Under the pieces are notes generated by a model, which made no database searches, was not told where the DNA came from, and worked only from the letters and a program-made list of their open reading frames with translations. A stretch of DNA of 64,000 bases from Carpediemonas membranifera BICM (taxonomy: Eukaryota > Protista > Fornicata): positions 1,310,265 through 1,374,264 of the forward strand of contig JAHDYR010000038.1 in assembly GCA_019828565.1 (NCBI GenBank), written 5' to 3'. Shown piece after piece: positions 10,498 through 21,423 of the stretch (the stretch's first letter is position 1; each line of letters starts with the position of its first letter). A program made the translations under genes and the position numbers.

Positions 10498-11286
10498 TCA
10501 CACCTTGGACAGATCGTACACAGTGTACCGGGTGACACAGGGCACACCGGGCAACACCTCTCGGATCATAGCGGGGTTGGTATAGTGCATGCACACTAGC
10601 TTGGCCCTGATGTCGGCGGGGTAGGCGGCCAGAGTGCGGATGTTCGTATGAACGCCTGAAGGCCGGGCTGTAGTCTCGCAGTCGTGGTAAATTCTAGCAC
10701 TCTGTGAGAAATGGGCCATGATCTTATCCCGTTCAGATGCTGTCGCGACCTCTGCACAAAAGTCGGTCGTGATGTAGACCTGCTCGCCAGAAGGGGCAGG
10801 GAATCTCAGGCTATGGCTGACCATCTCGGGCTTGTTCGGCAATCTGATGTGCGGCATGATGTCAATGTCGAAATGGACACCCATCCAGTCGAAGCCGGTC
10901 TCGTCGAGGATGGTGACGTTGAAGAAGGCATCAATGCCGAACATGCCTTCATTCCTCTGCGACAGGGGACGCAGCAAGGTCTGGACAACAGGCACCAGGA
11001 CCTTTGGGAGAAACAAACGAATACGACGACCAGCTGGGATGAGTGTTGGACAAGAAAGAGAGTATGTTACGATGTATTCTAGCCCATGGATATGATCTCC
11101 ATGCTGATGTGAGATGAATATGGCATCAAAGTCGTTGGGCTTCAACCGAGCAGTAACCAGGGACTCTCGCAGAGTGAACCCACAGTCAATCAACATCCTG
11201 CGTCTATTGATCTCTAATACCATGTTGTTGTTCCCATAGTCGCTAACATAGCTCCCACAGCCAAGAAACTGAAGTTTCATAGGCAT
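10498..11286 (-). CDS. Metallo-beta-lactamase-fold hydrolase (bacterial RNase Z/BN-like)
   Basis: FLGCGS, LIDCG, SHQHGDHIHG, TTD, HDCET...SGVH, MHY. Confidence 0.85.
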   Translation of the reverse strand: MPMKLQFLGCGSYVSDYGNNNMVLEINRRRMLIDCGFTLRESLVTARLKPNDFDAIFISHQHGDHIHGLEYIVTYSLSCPTLIPAGRRIRLFLPKVLVPVVQTLLRPLSQRNEGMFGIDAFFNVTILDETGFDWMGVHFDIDIMPHIRLPNKPEMVSHSLRFPAPSGEQVYITTDFCAEVATASERDKIMAHFSQSARIYHDCETTARPSGVHTNIRTLAAYPADIRAKLVCMHYTNPAMIREVLPGVPCVTRYTVYDLSKV

Positions 11287-11523
11287 AGCCCTATGTATGC
11301 AGGCGACTCACGCAACTCGAACCCGTCGACCTCCAGCGGGTTTCCGGTGGGACGATGCACCATGAACTGGGCCGAGCCACCCTGAATTCTCAATATCTTG
11401 TGCGCCTGGCGTGAAGGGTCAGGATCATCGACCAAAGAGCAAAAGACCTGCAGCTTTTCACTTCACAAGCAGTCTTGATGGTAGGCAGGCAGCGCGTTCA
11501 CGGCGTCGGGTCAAGTCTCAGGT

Positions 11524-12315
11524 TTAATTCCAGTGGCTATCGGCGGGAGCGGCATCGTCACGGGGGGCCTCGTCGCGGAATCCACCACGGCGGTCATCAC
11601 GGGGGGGCTCGTCGCGGAATCCACCACGGCGGTCATCACGGGGGGCCTCGTCGCGGAATCCACCACGGCGGTCATCACGCCAGCCACCACGACGCTCATC
11701 GTCACGGAAGCCACCACGGCGGTCGTCACGGCGGTCATCATCGCGGAATCCACCACGGCGGTCATCACGCCAGCCACCACGACGCTCATCGTCACGGAAG
11801 CCACCACGGCGGTCGTCACGGCGGTCATCATCGCGGAATCCACCACGGCGGTCATCACGCCAGCCACCACGACGCTCATCGTCACGGAATCCACCACGGC
11901 GGTCGTCACGGAAGCCGCCACGGCGATCGTCACCATAGGGCTGGTCACGGCGGGGGCCGCGATCACGACGGGGGCCACGGGGCTTGGCGTCCTCGCAGCT
12001 AGCGGTGCGGCCACCAGCAACCTCCTTGCCGTCGATGGCCTGCTTGGCGGCATCGGCCTGTTCTCTGGTCTCGAAAGAAGCAAAACCGAAGCCCTTGCCC
12101 TCACAAAGGTGCTTATCGCAGCAGCCCTCAAGGCCTTCAAAGATTTCATCGAACTCGTCGCGCCTCATTTCGTAGGAGAGGCGGCCAATGAAAAGGCGGA
12201 ATTCATCACGGGAATTCCGATCGTCACGATCATTTGAAGTAGTCTCGGTAGTACCGAAACCTTCAGTAGTGGGAGGAACCTCCGGAGCATCACCCCAACC
12301 GTCAGCGTCAGCCAT
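11524..12315 (-). CDS. RRM protein with RGG/RD-rich repetitive C-terminus
   Basis: RNP2 LFIGRL and RNP1 KGFGFASF, followed by (R)DDRRGG[FW] repeats. Confidence 0.85.
   Translation of the reverse strand: MADADGWGDAPEVPPTTEGFGTTETTSNDRDDRNSRDEFRLFIGRLSYEMRRDEFDEIFEGLEGCCDKHLCEGKGFGFASFETREQADAAKQAIDGKEVAGGRTASCEDAKPRGPRRDRGPRRDQPYGDDRRGGFRDDRRGGFRDDERRGGWRDDRRGGFRDDDRRDDRRGGFRDDERRGGWRDDRRGGFRDDDRRDDRRGGFRDDERRGGWRDDRRGGFRDEAPRDDRRGGFRDEPPRDDRRGGFRDEAPRDDAAPADSHWN
11555..11930 (-). repeat. Coding tandem repeats (RDDRRGGF units; ~90-bp and ~42-bp higher-order units)
   Basis: Repeated gcggaatccaccacggcggtcatcacg blocks. Confidence 0.9.
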
Positions 12316-12587
12316 GATAGGTGATTTCGTCTTTCGACTCCAGCTTGAGTCGAAATTGCTCTAAACCGCGCAAAAATTTAGAACCACAGTTGCAGTCTGA
12401 AGGGAGCCGACAATTTTACCCCAGAGAAGCACTCAACAAGCATGGAACGAAAGCAACATAACCATATGCAAGTAATCTCTTCACCAAGCTGCTTTTAACA
12501 TGGTCCCAGCCTCACCCGCGCCAAACACCCCAGACGACAGTAAAATTTCTCCTTTTTATTTTTGTATGTATACAGCAGCTATAAGTT

Positions 12588-13400
12588 TCAAGAATCAAAG
12601 AGGTGGTGCCCCAGGTCAACGCTCTTCGGCCCGTGGTGAGGGATGTGTCCCGACGGGAGAGACATTGGCCCCATGCCCCACGACGGCATGCCGTAAACAT
12701 GGCCGTGGGCGTGTCCACGACCCGCGTGGGCCTCAGCACGGTGGTCCATGAGAGGTTCGATCAGACACGGGGATCCGACCAGTGTGTCGGGCGACGGGGA
12801 GGGGATGGCGGTGCCCGTGAACGGGGAGGCCGACATGCCCGCTGGTGGGGAGCGGCCGAGGGAGAGGTTGAGTTGGTACTCCTCTTGTGTCTCGAACGCG
12901 GTGATTTCATCGACAATCGTGGGAGGGGCGCGGCGGAGCTTGCTCAGCTGGTGTTGCAGCTTGCGGACTTCATTGCGCTCTTTAAGGTATAGGGCGCGGT
13001 AGTTCCGATCGGGTTCTTGTCCGCTATGGACGGAGGGGAGTGCGGTACCAACAGCGGGGGGGTTCAACGACAGCCGCAGTTCGTTGAGGTGCGCTTCAAG
13101 CGTGGATTTGGACGGTAACGCCTTCCCGGCGCTCGTCTCTAGCATCTCTGTGACGGCGTCGATGAGCTTCATGGAGCTTGCGGTAATTTGCTTCAGATTC
13201 CGGTCCATTTCCCTCAGCTCGCGATCTTTGACCTCAAGGGTTACAGAGTATATCTCTTCGATGGATTTCCCCTCTTTGCTCAGCTTGTCCCGGGCCATTT
13301 CCTTGCAAAAGGTTGATCGTCGTGGCGCGGCGACTGCTCGCGACTCAAAGCAGCTACGATACACCTCAGTAGACGTAAATTCCCGTAAAACGGTGCCCAT
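12588..13400 (-). CDS. Hypothetical coiled-coil protein
   Basis: 270-aa ORF with heptad-like segments (YRALYLKERNEVRKLQHQLSKL). Confidence 0.5.
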   Translation of the reverse strand: MGTVLREFTSTEVYRSCFESRAVAAPRRSTFCKEMARDKLSKEGKSIEEIYSVTLEVKDRELREMDRNLKQITASSMKLIDAVTEMLETSAGKALPSKSTLEAHLNELRLSLNPPAVGTALPSVHSGQEPDRNYRALYLKERNEVRKLQHQLSKLRRAPPTIVDEITAFETQEEYQLNLSLGRSPPAGMSASPFTGTAIPSPSPDTLVGSPCLIEPLMDHRAEAHAGRGHAHGHVYGMPSWGMGPMSLPSGHIPHHGPKSVDLGHHLFDS

Positions 13401-13834
13401 TCAGTGGGAGCATCGTTGCAGGAGGCATCCAGCTATTTTTTCTTCTTGGCAGAGGCGCTCCTCTCGAGACAGCGCCATAAAACTTCCGCCAAATTCCATA
13501 CCCCCAATCACGCAAACGGACCAGGTCACACAACTCCCATCTAGTCTACTAATCCGCTCACCCGCTCTTCATTTTTCAACTTTTGGGACGTTAATCGACA
13601 TTTGGAAGATACACCGGTCATGAATGGTCAAACTCGACATGCCGGATGCCCCAAGGCCCAGGGCAGTGTGGATACAGGAGTGGGTTATCTCTGAGATGGT
13701 GTGTGACTGAAGCTATAAATAAATTCGAGATCACTCAATTGACTGGCGTTGAATAAGCATTTTAAAGGAATATAGAATAGAAACATGATCGAGACAACAC
13801 TGGCTAGGTCCACGGCTTCACGTGCGTGCCCCCC

Positions 13835-14539
13835 TCATCTATCCAGGTGGTCGAGCTCTCCTCTCTCCAGCATCTCCAAGAATCTTGACGGTATCAAACT
13901 ACACTGCACGCCGACGTCAAGTTTTTCCAGAGGCGGTATGAACGGCGGCGGCAGTATTTCATGCGGGCCCTCGTGGTACGGCTGAATCGGTAGTTCCGAC
14001 GTGACTTTGCCTGCCATGATGTCAAGCGGATCTACCGGGAGCGGCATGAGCGCCACGTCGGGTATACCACGCTGCCGTGCGTTTTGGAACCAGACCTTGA
14101 CCTTTGCAGTGTCGAGGTTGGCGTAGGTGGCAATGGCGGCGATGGCTTCGCGCGAGGGGTACGCCTGGGCTTTGTGGCAGTGATAGAGAACGGAGTATTG
14201 CATGGGGTTGAACGCTTTCCCCCTTTGCTTTCTGATGCCGCCGTTTTCTCTCCTTCTATCCCTGAATGTGCCAGGTTTGTGGGGGAGCTCCGGTTTGAAG
14301 TCTCCAGGCCAGGTGGCGTTCTTCTCTTCATCACGCGCTTCCTTATCTACTAGAAGAGTCGGCATCGGAGGCGCGGATGGAGCATGGTCGGGTTCTACGG
14401 GGATCTTGGGCAGAAGACTGATGTGCTTCTCACTTCCATTTTCAGGCTGTTTTGGCAGTAATGGAGCAACGGAACTAACGAATGGCGAGACATCAGGCCC
14501 AGTTGGTGTGTGTGTGTGTTCATCTGGCGCCAAACTCAT
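13835..14539 (-). CDS. Homeodomain transcription factor
   Basis: KQRGKAFNPMQ...AYPSREAIAAIA...VKVWFQNARQR. Confidence 0.85.
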   Translation of the reverse strand: MSLAPDEHTHTPTGPDVSPFVSSVAPLLPKQPENGSEKHISLLPKIPVEPDHAPSAPPMPTLLVDKEARDEEKNATWPGDFKPELPHKPGTFRDRRRENGGIRKQRGKAFNPMQYSVLYHCHKAQAYPSREAIAAIATYANLDTAKVKVWFQNARQRGIPDVALMPLPVDPLDIMAGKVTSELPIQPYHEGPHEILPPPFIPPLEKLDVGVQCSLIPSRFLEMLERGELDHLDR

Positions 14540-14984
14540 CGCGCTGACGAGACAAAACCTTAAGGTGCACAGTGAAGATGTCAAATCAGCGATATCACGC
14601 GATCTTGGCGTGCCATGGTCGTCTCATGCCTCAGCCAAAGCATCTGCCGACCCAAGTTTCTCGCCCAACACCTCTTGGCACAATGCGCTTGAGGAAATTA
14701 TGTCTCAGCGAGATCAGCGTCAACGAAGTCACCCATGTGGCAAAAATTCATTGGTTAGCCATGATTTACCGTTTCCGCACGCGGTTACCAGACCTTATGA
14801 TTCCAATACCTCCGCCATCATTGAAAGAAATCTGACGCTGGTACAGTACAACAGTAGGTTCTACAGCCGTCATAAGGATCAGCAGTCTGCTGCTCGTCAT
14901 CAAGAGCGTGAGAAATAGTTTACACCATTTTCAGATGGAAAAAGGTTTTTCTTGCTTCCCCTTGCTGTGAACGAGTTGATCTCT

Positions 14985-15466
14985 ATGGAGCCCAGTATGT
15001 CCTTCAGAGCGTTTCCGATGTTGCGAATGCGCTCATTATCTCATTTTGAACTTACTTAGTTTCTGTTATCAAGTCCGGCCGTGTTTGCCTCGTCCTCCAG
15101 GGCCGTTTCGCTGGCAAGAAGGCTGTCGTGATCCGCGCCTATGATAACGGCACCAACGAGCACAAGTTCGCCCACGCCATCGTCGCTGGCATCGAGCGTA
15201 CCCCCCGCAAGGTCACCAAGGCCATGGACAAGAAGAAGGCTGCCCGCCGCAACAAGGTCAAGCCCTTCGTCAAGCGCGTGAACTATCAGCACATGATGCC
15301 GACTCGCCACCGCTACGAGATTGCCAAGGAGCGCAAGCTTATCCACACCGAGTCCCTCACTGAGCCCGCTCTTAAGAAGGCTGCTGTTCAGCAGATCCGC
15401 GAGTCTTTCGAGAAGTCCTACAAGAGCAACAAGTCTCCCTGGTTCTTCGAGAAGCTTCGTTTCTAA
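14985..15466 (+). CDS. RPL27: 60S ribosomal protein L27 (eL27) (exons 14985-14994, 15060-15466)
   Basis: After the 65-nt intron 14995-15059: MEPISVIKSGRVCLVLQGRFAGKKAV...KVKPFVKRVNYQHMMPTR...WFFEKLRF. Confidence 0.93.
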
Positions 15467-15894
15467 GTGCGATGGTAAATAGCCGCTCAACGGTATTTGA
15501 ACCCCAACTGTCTTGTTTGTTGCTTTGGAAGGGCCTTCGATGGCAAGAGACTCAGGTATTGCCAACTATGCCATTACGCTCTCACCATCGTGGATGGTTT
15601 CGTCCTTGTGGCAGTTGCCCAGCCACACGGCAGAGCGTTGATGCATTAGCCTATCCAAGAGCGTCCCCGTAAACTGTTGCCATGCAGGCTTTGATACGAC
15701 TATGATGGCATCTTGCGTCTACGGCCGGCGCCTGGCACCGATGTTCAATTCTCTCCCGGGTGACGAGACCAGTGCTGCAGTCAAAAAGAGACCATCCCGA
15801 GCCGCACCACTTGTACACTCTTGCTGTCTCCGTTAGTTTTGAGGCGTCAAGCCTGAGGCGTGAACCCTTCAATCAATTGATGACCTCCGGCGGG

Positions 15895-16889
15895 ATGTCT
15901 CTCAAACTGGGCCCAGATGTGTTCAAGAGCATGAAGGTTGTGCGCAAGCATGATAGTATTCTGAAAGACGTTTGTTTATTCCTTCTTTCACCCTCACACA
16001 GCCCAAGAAGTCCATGATTCAGAACCTGTGCATCAATTTCAACAACGAGATTATTGCAGCGACGTTCGACAACAGGATCAACTACTACAACCTGTCCGAC
16101 GGCTCCATCTCTCACAAATACCCCATCTCCGATGGCTCTGCCGACGGTATCGATCGGATGACCTTCATCAACCTCCCCCACTACCTGCTGTACACAACGA
16201 CCAACCAGTATGACTACGGCATCCGACTACTCAATGCCGAGACCCACCAGGTCCAGCGCGTCTTCACCGGTCACCAGGGTCGGGTTACTTCACTCCACCA
16301 GAACCCCAGGTCGGACACCTTCATCACCGCGTCAGATGACAACACGGTGAGGATCTGGGACCTTCGTTCAGAGAAGCCCATCATGTGCATCCCTACAGAG
16401 AGCGGCGCAGTCGCGTCCTTTGATACCAGTGGTCTCGTCTTCGCTATTGCCGCCAACTCGAAGATCGAGATGTACCCCGAGAAGAAGGCTAAGCCTTTCC
16501 AGTCCGGTCAGGTTAAGGACAGTACGCAGGTACAGTTCAACCACATGACTTTCAGTCCGACGTCTAACTATCTGCTTCTCAGCGCAAGTAACGGTGAGAT
16601 CTACATGTTCAAGACCCTACGCGAGTTCAAGCAGCAGGCTGTGTTTACAGGCCACCAGCAGGCCGATAACGTCATCCATAGGCCCGTTTTTACCCGGGAT
16701 GAGTCGTCTGTTACGATTGGTGATGCGACTGGCCTTAGCTTCTACGATATCAACAATCCTGCCTCCGCACCTGTGCATGTTACTTCTCTCGTTGAGCAGT
16801 CGCCCATTTCTTGCTGTGTCTGGCATCCGTCCAAAGCGTTGCTCATTTCGGCGGGCTACACGGTCGACTTCTGGGTTCCAGAGATTTGA
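15895..16889 (+). CDS. WDR82: WD40 protein WDR82/Swd2-like (exons 15895-15969, 16002-16889)
   Basis: MSLKLGPDVFKSMKVVRK N-terminus, FTGHQGRVTSL..NPRSDTFITASDDNTVRIWDLR, ASFDTSGLVFAIA; 32-nt intron GTTTGT...CACAG. Confidence 0.75.
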
Positions 16890-17223
16890 GCTGACACTGA
16901 GTCTACCTCTGACGTCTCCAATCACATGCGAATAAACATCGCTTAGAACTGTTGAGGTTCCGAAACTTAGAGATGAGACTTGACTTCTACCATACAGCCG
17001 TGAAATGCTCAAACAATTTTTCCAACAGCCAGAAAGACAATCTTATACACATAACCAAGCCTATGCACCCTAGTTAGCGTCACGCAGGCCCCTGACGACG
17101 CCAAAAAATTGTTTTGGCCATTTTTACCACGAATGGGTTTTTCCTTTGCAGAACCCGAAGAGGATAGGAAGTACGTCCCTCAGAGAGCCTCTACAGGCTT
17201 GAAATGCGTTGATTGTTACATAG

Positions 17224-17718
17224 ATGCCCCCGAAGTTCGATCCCACCGCTGTTCACATCGTGATGCTCCGCGCTGTTGGTGGCGAGGTTACTCCCGTTGC
17301 CGCTCTTGCCCCCAAGGTCGGTCCTCTCGGTGTTCCCCCCAAGAAGATTGGTGAGGATATTGCCAAGAACACCAAGGACTGGAAGGGCCTTAAGGTTACT
17401 GTGAAGCTTTCCATCCAGAACCGCCAGGCTACCGTCTCCGTTGTTCCCTCCGCTTCCTCCCTTCTCGTCAAGGCCCTCAAGGAGGCTCCCCGCGACAAGT
17501 CTGTCAAGGGCATCACCCACGATGGCGACATGACCATCGAGGACGTCTACGAGGTTGCCCGTGTCATGCGCGAGCGCACTCTTGCCCGCTCCTTCCAGGG
17601 TGCCGTTCTCGAGATGCTTGGCACTGCCAACTCTCTTGGCTGCACCGTTGACGGCAAGACGCCCGTTGAGGTCCAGGCTGCTATCAAGGCTGGCGAGATC
17701 GAGGTCCCCCAGGAGTAA
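17224..17718 (+). CDS. RPL12: 60S ribosomal protein L12 (uL11)
   Basis: MPPKFDP...RAVGGEV...[37 protein letters not shown]. Confidence 0.97.
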   Translation: MPPKFDPTAVHIVMLRAVGGEVTPVAALAPKVGPLGVPPKKIGEDIAKNTKDWKGLKVTVKLSIQNRQATVSVVPSASSLLVKALKEAPRDKSVKGITHDGDMTIEDVYEVARVMRERTLARSFQGAVLEMLGTANSLGCTVDGKTPVEVQAAIKAGEIEVPQE

Positions 17719-17973
17719 ATCTTGCATCATTTCATCTAAACAACAAGCGAGAGCTACACAGGGATACAGGCAGGATACAAGCATGAACGTCTTTTATGCA
17801 TGGGCCATGTAGAGACTGATTTTCGTTTGCTCGAGACAACTCATCCTGCAAAAAACTAAAAAGGCTCCAGGCGATGTTTGGGACGCTATAAACCCACAAT
17901 GCACGATCCAATGCCTCTGGGGCGGCATCCTTTTGTTGACTCTGGCAGAGTCGTTTCCAGAGCACTCGCTGCG

Positions 17974-19761
17974 ATGCCAACGATCAGTGTACCCGCCGAT
18001 CTCCTGCTCAAGGAGCTTCATCTTACCGATGAGAAGAGCTTTGATAAGCTCAGCGCCTCCTATGGCCTCGAACTGGACGATGTCGTCGTCGAGGACGGCA
18101 TCACTCAGTACAAGGTCGATGTCCCCGCCAACCGCCCCGAACTTTGCTGCGCCGAAGGTATGATCATCAGCCTCAACGCCTTCACCGGTACTGAGGCCGC
18201 CAAACCCATGCGGGTGACGAAGGAGCCCGAGTACACCATCACGGTGGACAAATCCGCCGATTCTGTCCGCCCATACATCGTAGGCGCCATCCTCCGCGAC
18301 GTTACCTTCACCAAGGAGTCCTATGCGTCTTTCATTGACTTCCAGGACAAGCTCCACCACAACATTTGCCGCCGCCGCGCTCTTGTTGCCATCGGTACCC
18401 ACGATCTCGACAAGATCGAGGCCGCCGAGGGTGCTACCAAGGCCTTCACCTATCGCGCAGTCGACCCCGTCACGGGCATCTCCTTCGCCCCCCTGAACCA
18501 GATCGAGGTCATGAACGGCAAGCGTCTGATGGAGTTCTACGAGGCCGACGCTCACCTCAAGGAGTATCTGCCGATCATCCGTGACTCGCCCCTCTATCCT
18601 ACCGTCCGTGACGGTGCTGACCGCATTCTGTCACTCCCACCCATCATCAACAGCGATTACTCCAAGATGTCGGCCGATACCAAGAACGTTTTCATCGAAT
18701 GCACTGCTACCGATCTGTTCCGCGCCAAGGCTGTGATCAACACCATCGTGGGTACATTTTCTCGCTACTGCAAGGACCCCTTCACCGTCGAGCCCGTCCT
18801 CGTCAAGTACAACCCCGACTGCTCTGAGCGCCAGCTAGCCGCTGCCGGCGTGTACCCCGACCTCGCAGCTGACACCTTCACCGTCCAGGCGGACTACATC
18901 AACCGCCACACCGGGCTTGACCTCGCCGCGGAAGAGTGGGCCGTCTATCTCCGTAAGATGATGCACACCGTCACCGTAGACAACGGCGCCGTGCACGTCA
19001 AGCCCTGCGTGATCCGCACGGACGTCCTCCACGCATGCGACGTCGTCGAGGACGCCGCCATTGCCTACGGCTTCGGCCGCATCCCCACTTCCGTGCCCGA
19101 GATGAGGTGCACTGGCGGTCTGCTCCCCATCAACAGGCTCACAGAGCTCCTCCGCGTCGAGCTGGCTGGCGCCGGGTACTCTGAGGCCCTCGCATTCGTG
19201 CTATGCTCTACCGACGAGACGTCCCGCTGCCTCGAACCCACCCCCCTCAAGGACCAGGCGCCTGCGGACCCCAAGGACGTCGCCCTCATCGCCAACAGCA
19301 GCCAGACCGAGTGCCAGGCGGCCAGGAACAACCTCCTGTGCGGCCTGCTGAAGACGGTCGCGTACAACAAGTCCGTACCCCGTCCCCTCAAGCTGTTCGA
19401 GGTCTCTGACGTCGTCCTGCTCGACCCCACCAACCCTCTTGGCGCCAAGAACGAGCGCCGCGTATGTGTCCTGTTCTCTGACGAGAAATACAACTTCGAG
19501 GTCCCCCACGGCGTCCTCAGCCGAGTCGCCACCGTCCTCGGCATCCCTGGCCAGCTTTCTATCCGTCCCGCTGAGGTGCACGACAGCCGCACCAAGGTCG
19601 ACCACCTGATGGTGAAAGAGGGCCGGGCAGCTGTGGTGGAGTACAAGGGGAAGGTCATCGGATCTCTCGGATGGGTCCACCCCAACGTGCTCGCGAACTT
19701 CGACATCAACTACCCCTGCTCGTGCTTTGAGATCACGCTCGAGCCGTTCGTAAATGTGTAA
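17974..19761 (+). CDS. FARSB: Phenylalanyl-tRNA synthetase beta subunit
   Basis: MPTISV, YKVDVPANRPELCCAEG, FIDFQDKLHHNICRRRALVAIGTHDLD, LSLPPIINSDYSK, RTDVLHACDVVEDAAIAYGF. Confidence 0.96.
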   Translation: MPTISVPADLLLKELHLTDEKSFDKLSASYGLELDDVVVEDGITQYKVDVPANRPELCCAEGMIISLNAFTGTEAAKPMRVTKEPEYTITVDKSADSVRPYIVGAILRDVTFTKESYASFIDFQDKLHHNICRRRALVAIGTHDLDKIEAAEGATKAFTYRAVDPVTGISFAPLNQIEVMNGKRLMEFYEADAHLKEYLPIIRDSPLYPTVRDGADRILSLPPIINSDYSKMSADTKNVFIECTATDLFRAKAVINTIVGTFSRYCKDPFTVEPVLVKYNPDCSERQLAAAGVYPDLAADTFTVQADYINRHTGLDLAAEEWAVYLRKMMHTVTVDNGAVHVKPCVIRTDVLHACDVVEDAAIAYGFGRIPTSVPEMRCTGGLLPINRLTELLRVELAGAGYSEALAFVLCSTDETSRCLEPTPLKDQAPADPKDVALIANSSQTECQAARNNLLCGLLKTVAYNKSVPRPLKLFEVSDVVLLDPTNPLGAKNERRVCVLFSDEKYNFEVPHGVLSRVATVLGIPGQLSIRPAEVHDSRTKVDHLMVKEGRAAVVEYKGKVIGSLGWVHPNVLANFDINYPCSCFEITLEPFVNV

Positions 19762-20072
19762 GGATTTGATTGCTGCGTGAGCTGTTGTCATGATTGAGCC
19801 CTTCGTTGGTGTGAACTGTCAGACGTTGAATGGCCCAATACCTAGGAATAGACTCGTCTGAGTGGTTTATATGGCCTATTCTCTTCTCACCCGTAACAAT
19901 GCTTGCTTGCTTCAATGAGTCACAGCTGACACGCATCATCCAAGAAGCTTTCAAGCGGCACCAGCTAAACTCGGCAGGTGTGTTGCCTATTCACTGCTGG
20001 CTACAATCATAAGGTTAGGCAGGGTCGATTTACGTTGTTATCGTCTGACCGTGCATATATCTAGTGAAGGCG

Positions 20073-21317
20073 ATGGCGATGGAGGTAAAGAGCGGTTGGA
20101 AGCGTGAAATTGTTGCTTCCGACAGTGCTGTTTCCGGTATAGATGAATGGCACCGCGATTGCCGCATCTTAGAAGACCCAGACCACATTGCAAAGCCGTA
20201 CCATCTTAACTTTCGCGAATTCCAACACCACAACTTCATAGCGTTCCTTCCAAAGTCCAGCGATGGGCTAGCAAACCCAGTGGTAGCGTCTGTATCCGTT
20301 TCTGAGACCCCGAGCCCCTCTCAATCGCCCGATGGCTCATTCGACTCGATCCCGGACGCCGCAGACTCTGCCCCCGGCACCCCTAGGCAGTATAACATCC
20401 TCCTGCGGGACTCCAGTAGTACCAAGATGCTACACATGCCCGAGACAGCGGTGCCGGTGCCCCCGTTCCGCCGGTTATTCACCAAACGACCCACAATCAA
20501 GTCAATAGTCGCCGCTGCCCTCGGCCCGAGTCATGCTCTGGGCGATACAGACCTATCCACAGCCGCCTGGCGCATCCTGCCCGCCTCTCCGACCGTGGTT
20601 GACCAGCTGAGCGCCTACGAGGTGATGCTTCGAGAACAGCACCGGAGCCACACCGTAGGCGTCCTGCTGCAGCTCCCGGGCCAGACCACGGAGGAGGAGA
20701 TGTTTAGTAATCAAGAGATCACGCCTGAGTTTGCCCGGTTCCTCGCCACCCTCGGTCGCATGGTCGACCTCCATGGATGGAATGACTATGCTGGCGGATT
20801 GAACACAACCAAGTGCTATACTGGCGAGCAGTCCGTATTTATCAACCATAAGGGCCATAAGGTAATGTATCATGTAGCAAACATGCTCCCCTATAGCAAG
20901 AGCGACCCCCAGCAGATCGAGAGAAAGAGGTTCGTCGGCAATGACCATGTTGTAGTCGTATTTCAGGACGGCAAAGGGGACATGCCCTTTGGGACGAGCA
21001 CCATTCGAACAAACATGACCATGGCCTACGTCGTCATCCGCCGCGCCAAGCCACATGACTCTGACTCCGACTCGACTCTGGAGTCAAGTCATGAGCCTGA
21101 ATACACCATGGACGTCGTCACGATGCGGTGTGTGCCCCCCACCGCCCCCGAACTATCAGAGTCGAACAGGTTCATTCTGAGTGACCCAAGGGCTGCTGAG
21201 CTCGTGAGAACGAAGCTTGTGAACCTGTCGAATGCTGTGTGGTCCCAGGGGGTGCTTGCCGAGAAGCTACAGAAGATGAGGGCAGTGAATCTCGCCAAGG
21301 TCGACGTTCGGCGGTGA
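20073..21317 (+). CDS. Rap/Ran-GAP domain protein
   Basis: GQTTEEEMFSN, YAGGLN, VMYHVANMLPYS..DPQQIERKRFVGNDHVVVVFQD. Confidence 0.9.
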   Translation: MAMEVKSGWKREIVASDSAVSGIDEWHRDCRILEDPDHIAKPYHLNFREFQHHNFIAFLPKSSDGLANPVVASVSVSETPSPSQSPDGSFDSIPDAADSAPGTPRQYNILLRDSSSTKMLHMPETAVPVPPFRRLFTKRPTIKSIVAAALGPSHALGDTDLSTAAWRILPASPTVVDQLSAYEVMLREQHRSHTVGVLLQLPGQTTEEEMFSNQEITPEFARFLATLGRMVDLHGWNDYAGGLNTTKCYTGEQSVFINHKGHKVMYHVANMLPYSKSDPQQIERKRFVGNDHVVVVFQDGKGDMPFGTSTIRTNMTMAYVVIRRAKPHDSDSDSTLESSHEPEYTMDVVTMRCVPPTAPELSESNRFILSDPRAAELVRTKLVNLSNAVWSQGVLAEKLQKMRAVNLAKVDVRR

Positions 21318-21423
21318 GTTGTGTTTTAGTAAGTGGTGATTAGACGAGCATCGAGCTTGCTTCCTGGGCGAATTAGTCACAGATTAAATGGAACCAGTGT
21401 GCTCATTTATCATTTACATTTGA

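Noticed and set aside
11305-11345. tRNA gene suggested by GGTTCGAG on the minus strand
   Set aside because: No T-stem pairing, D-arm or anticodon arm
11555-11930. Regular repeats resembling a CRISPR array
   Set aside because: No unique spacers, the repeats are in-frame coding units, the context is eukaryotic, and there are no cas genes
11475-12237. His/Gly-rich and Thr/Val/Ala-rich ORFs overlapping the RRM gene
   Set aside because: Alternative-frame and antisense shadows of the RDDRRGGF coding repeat
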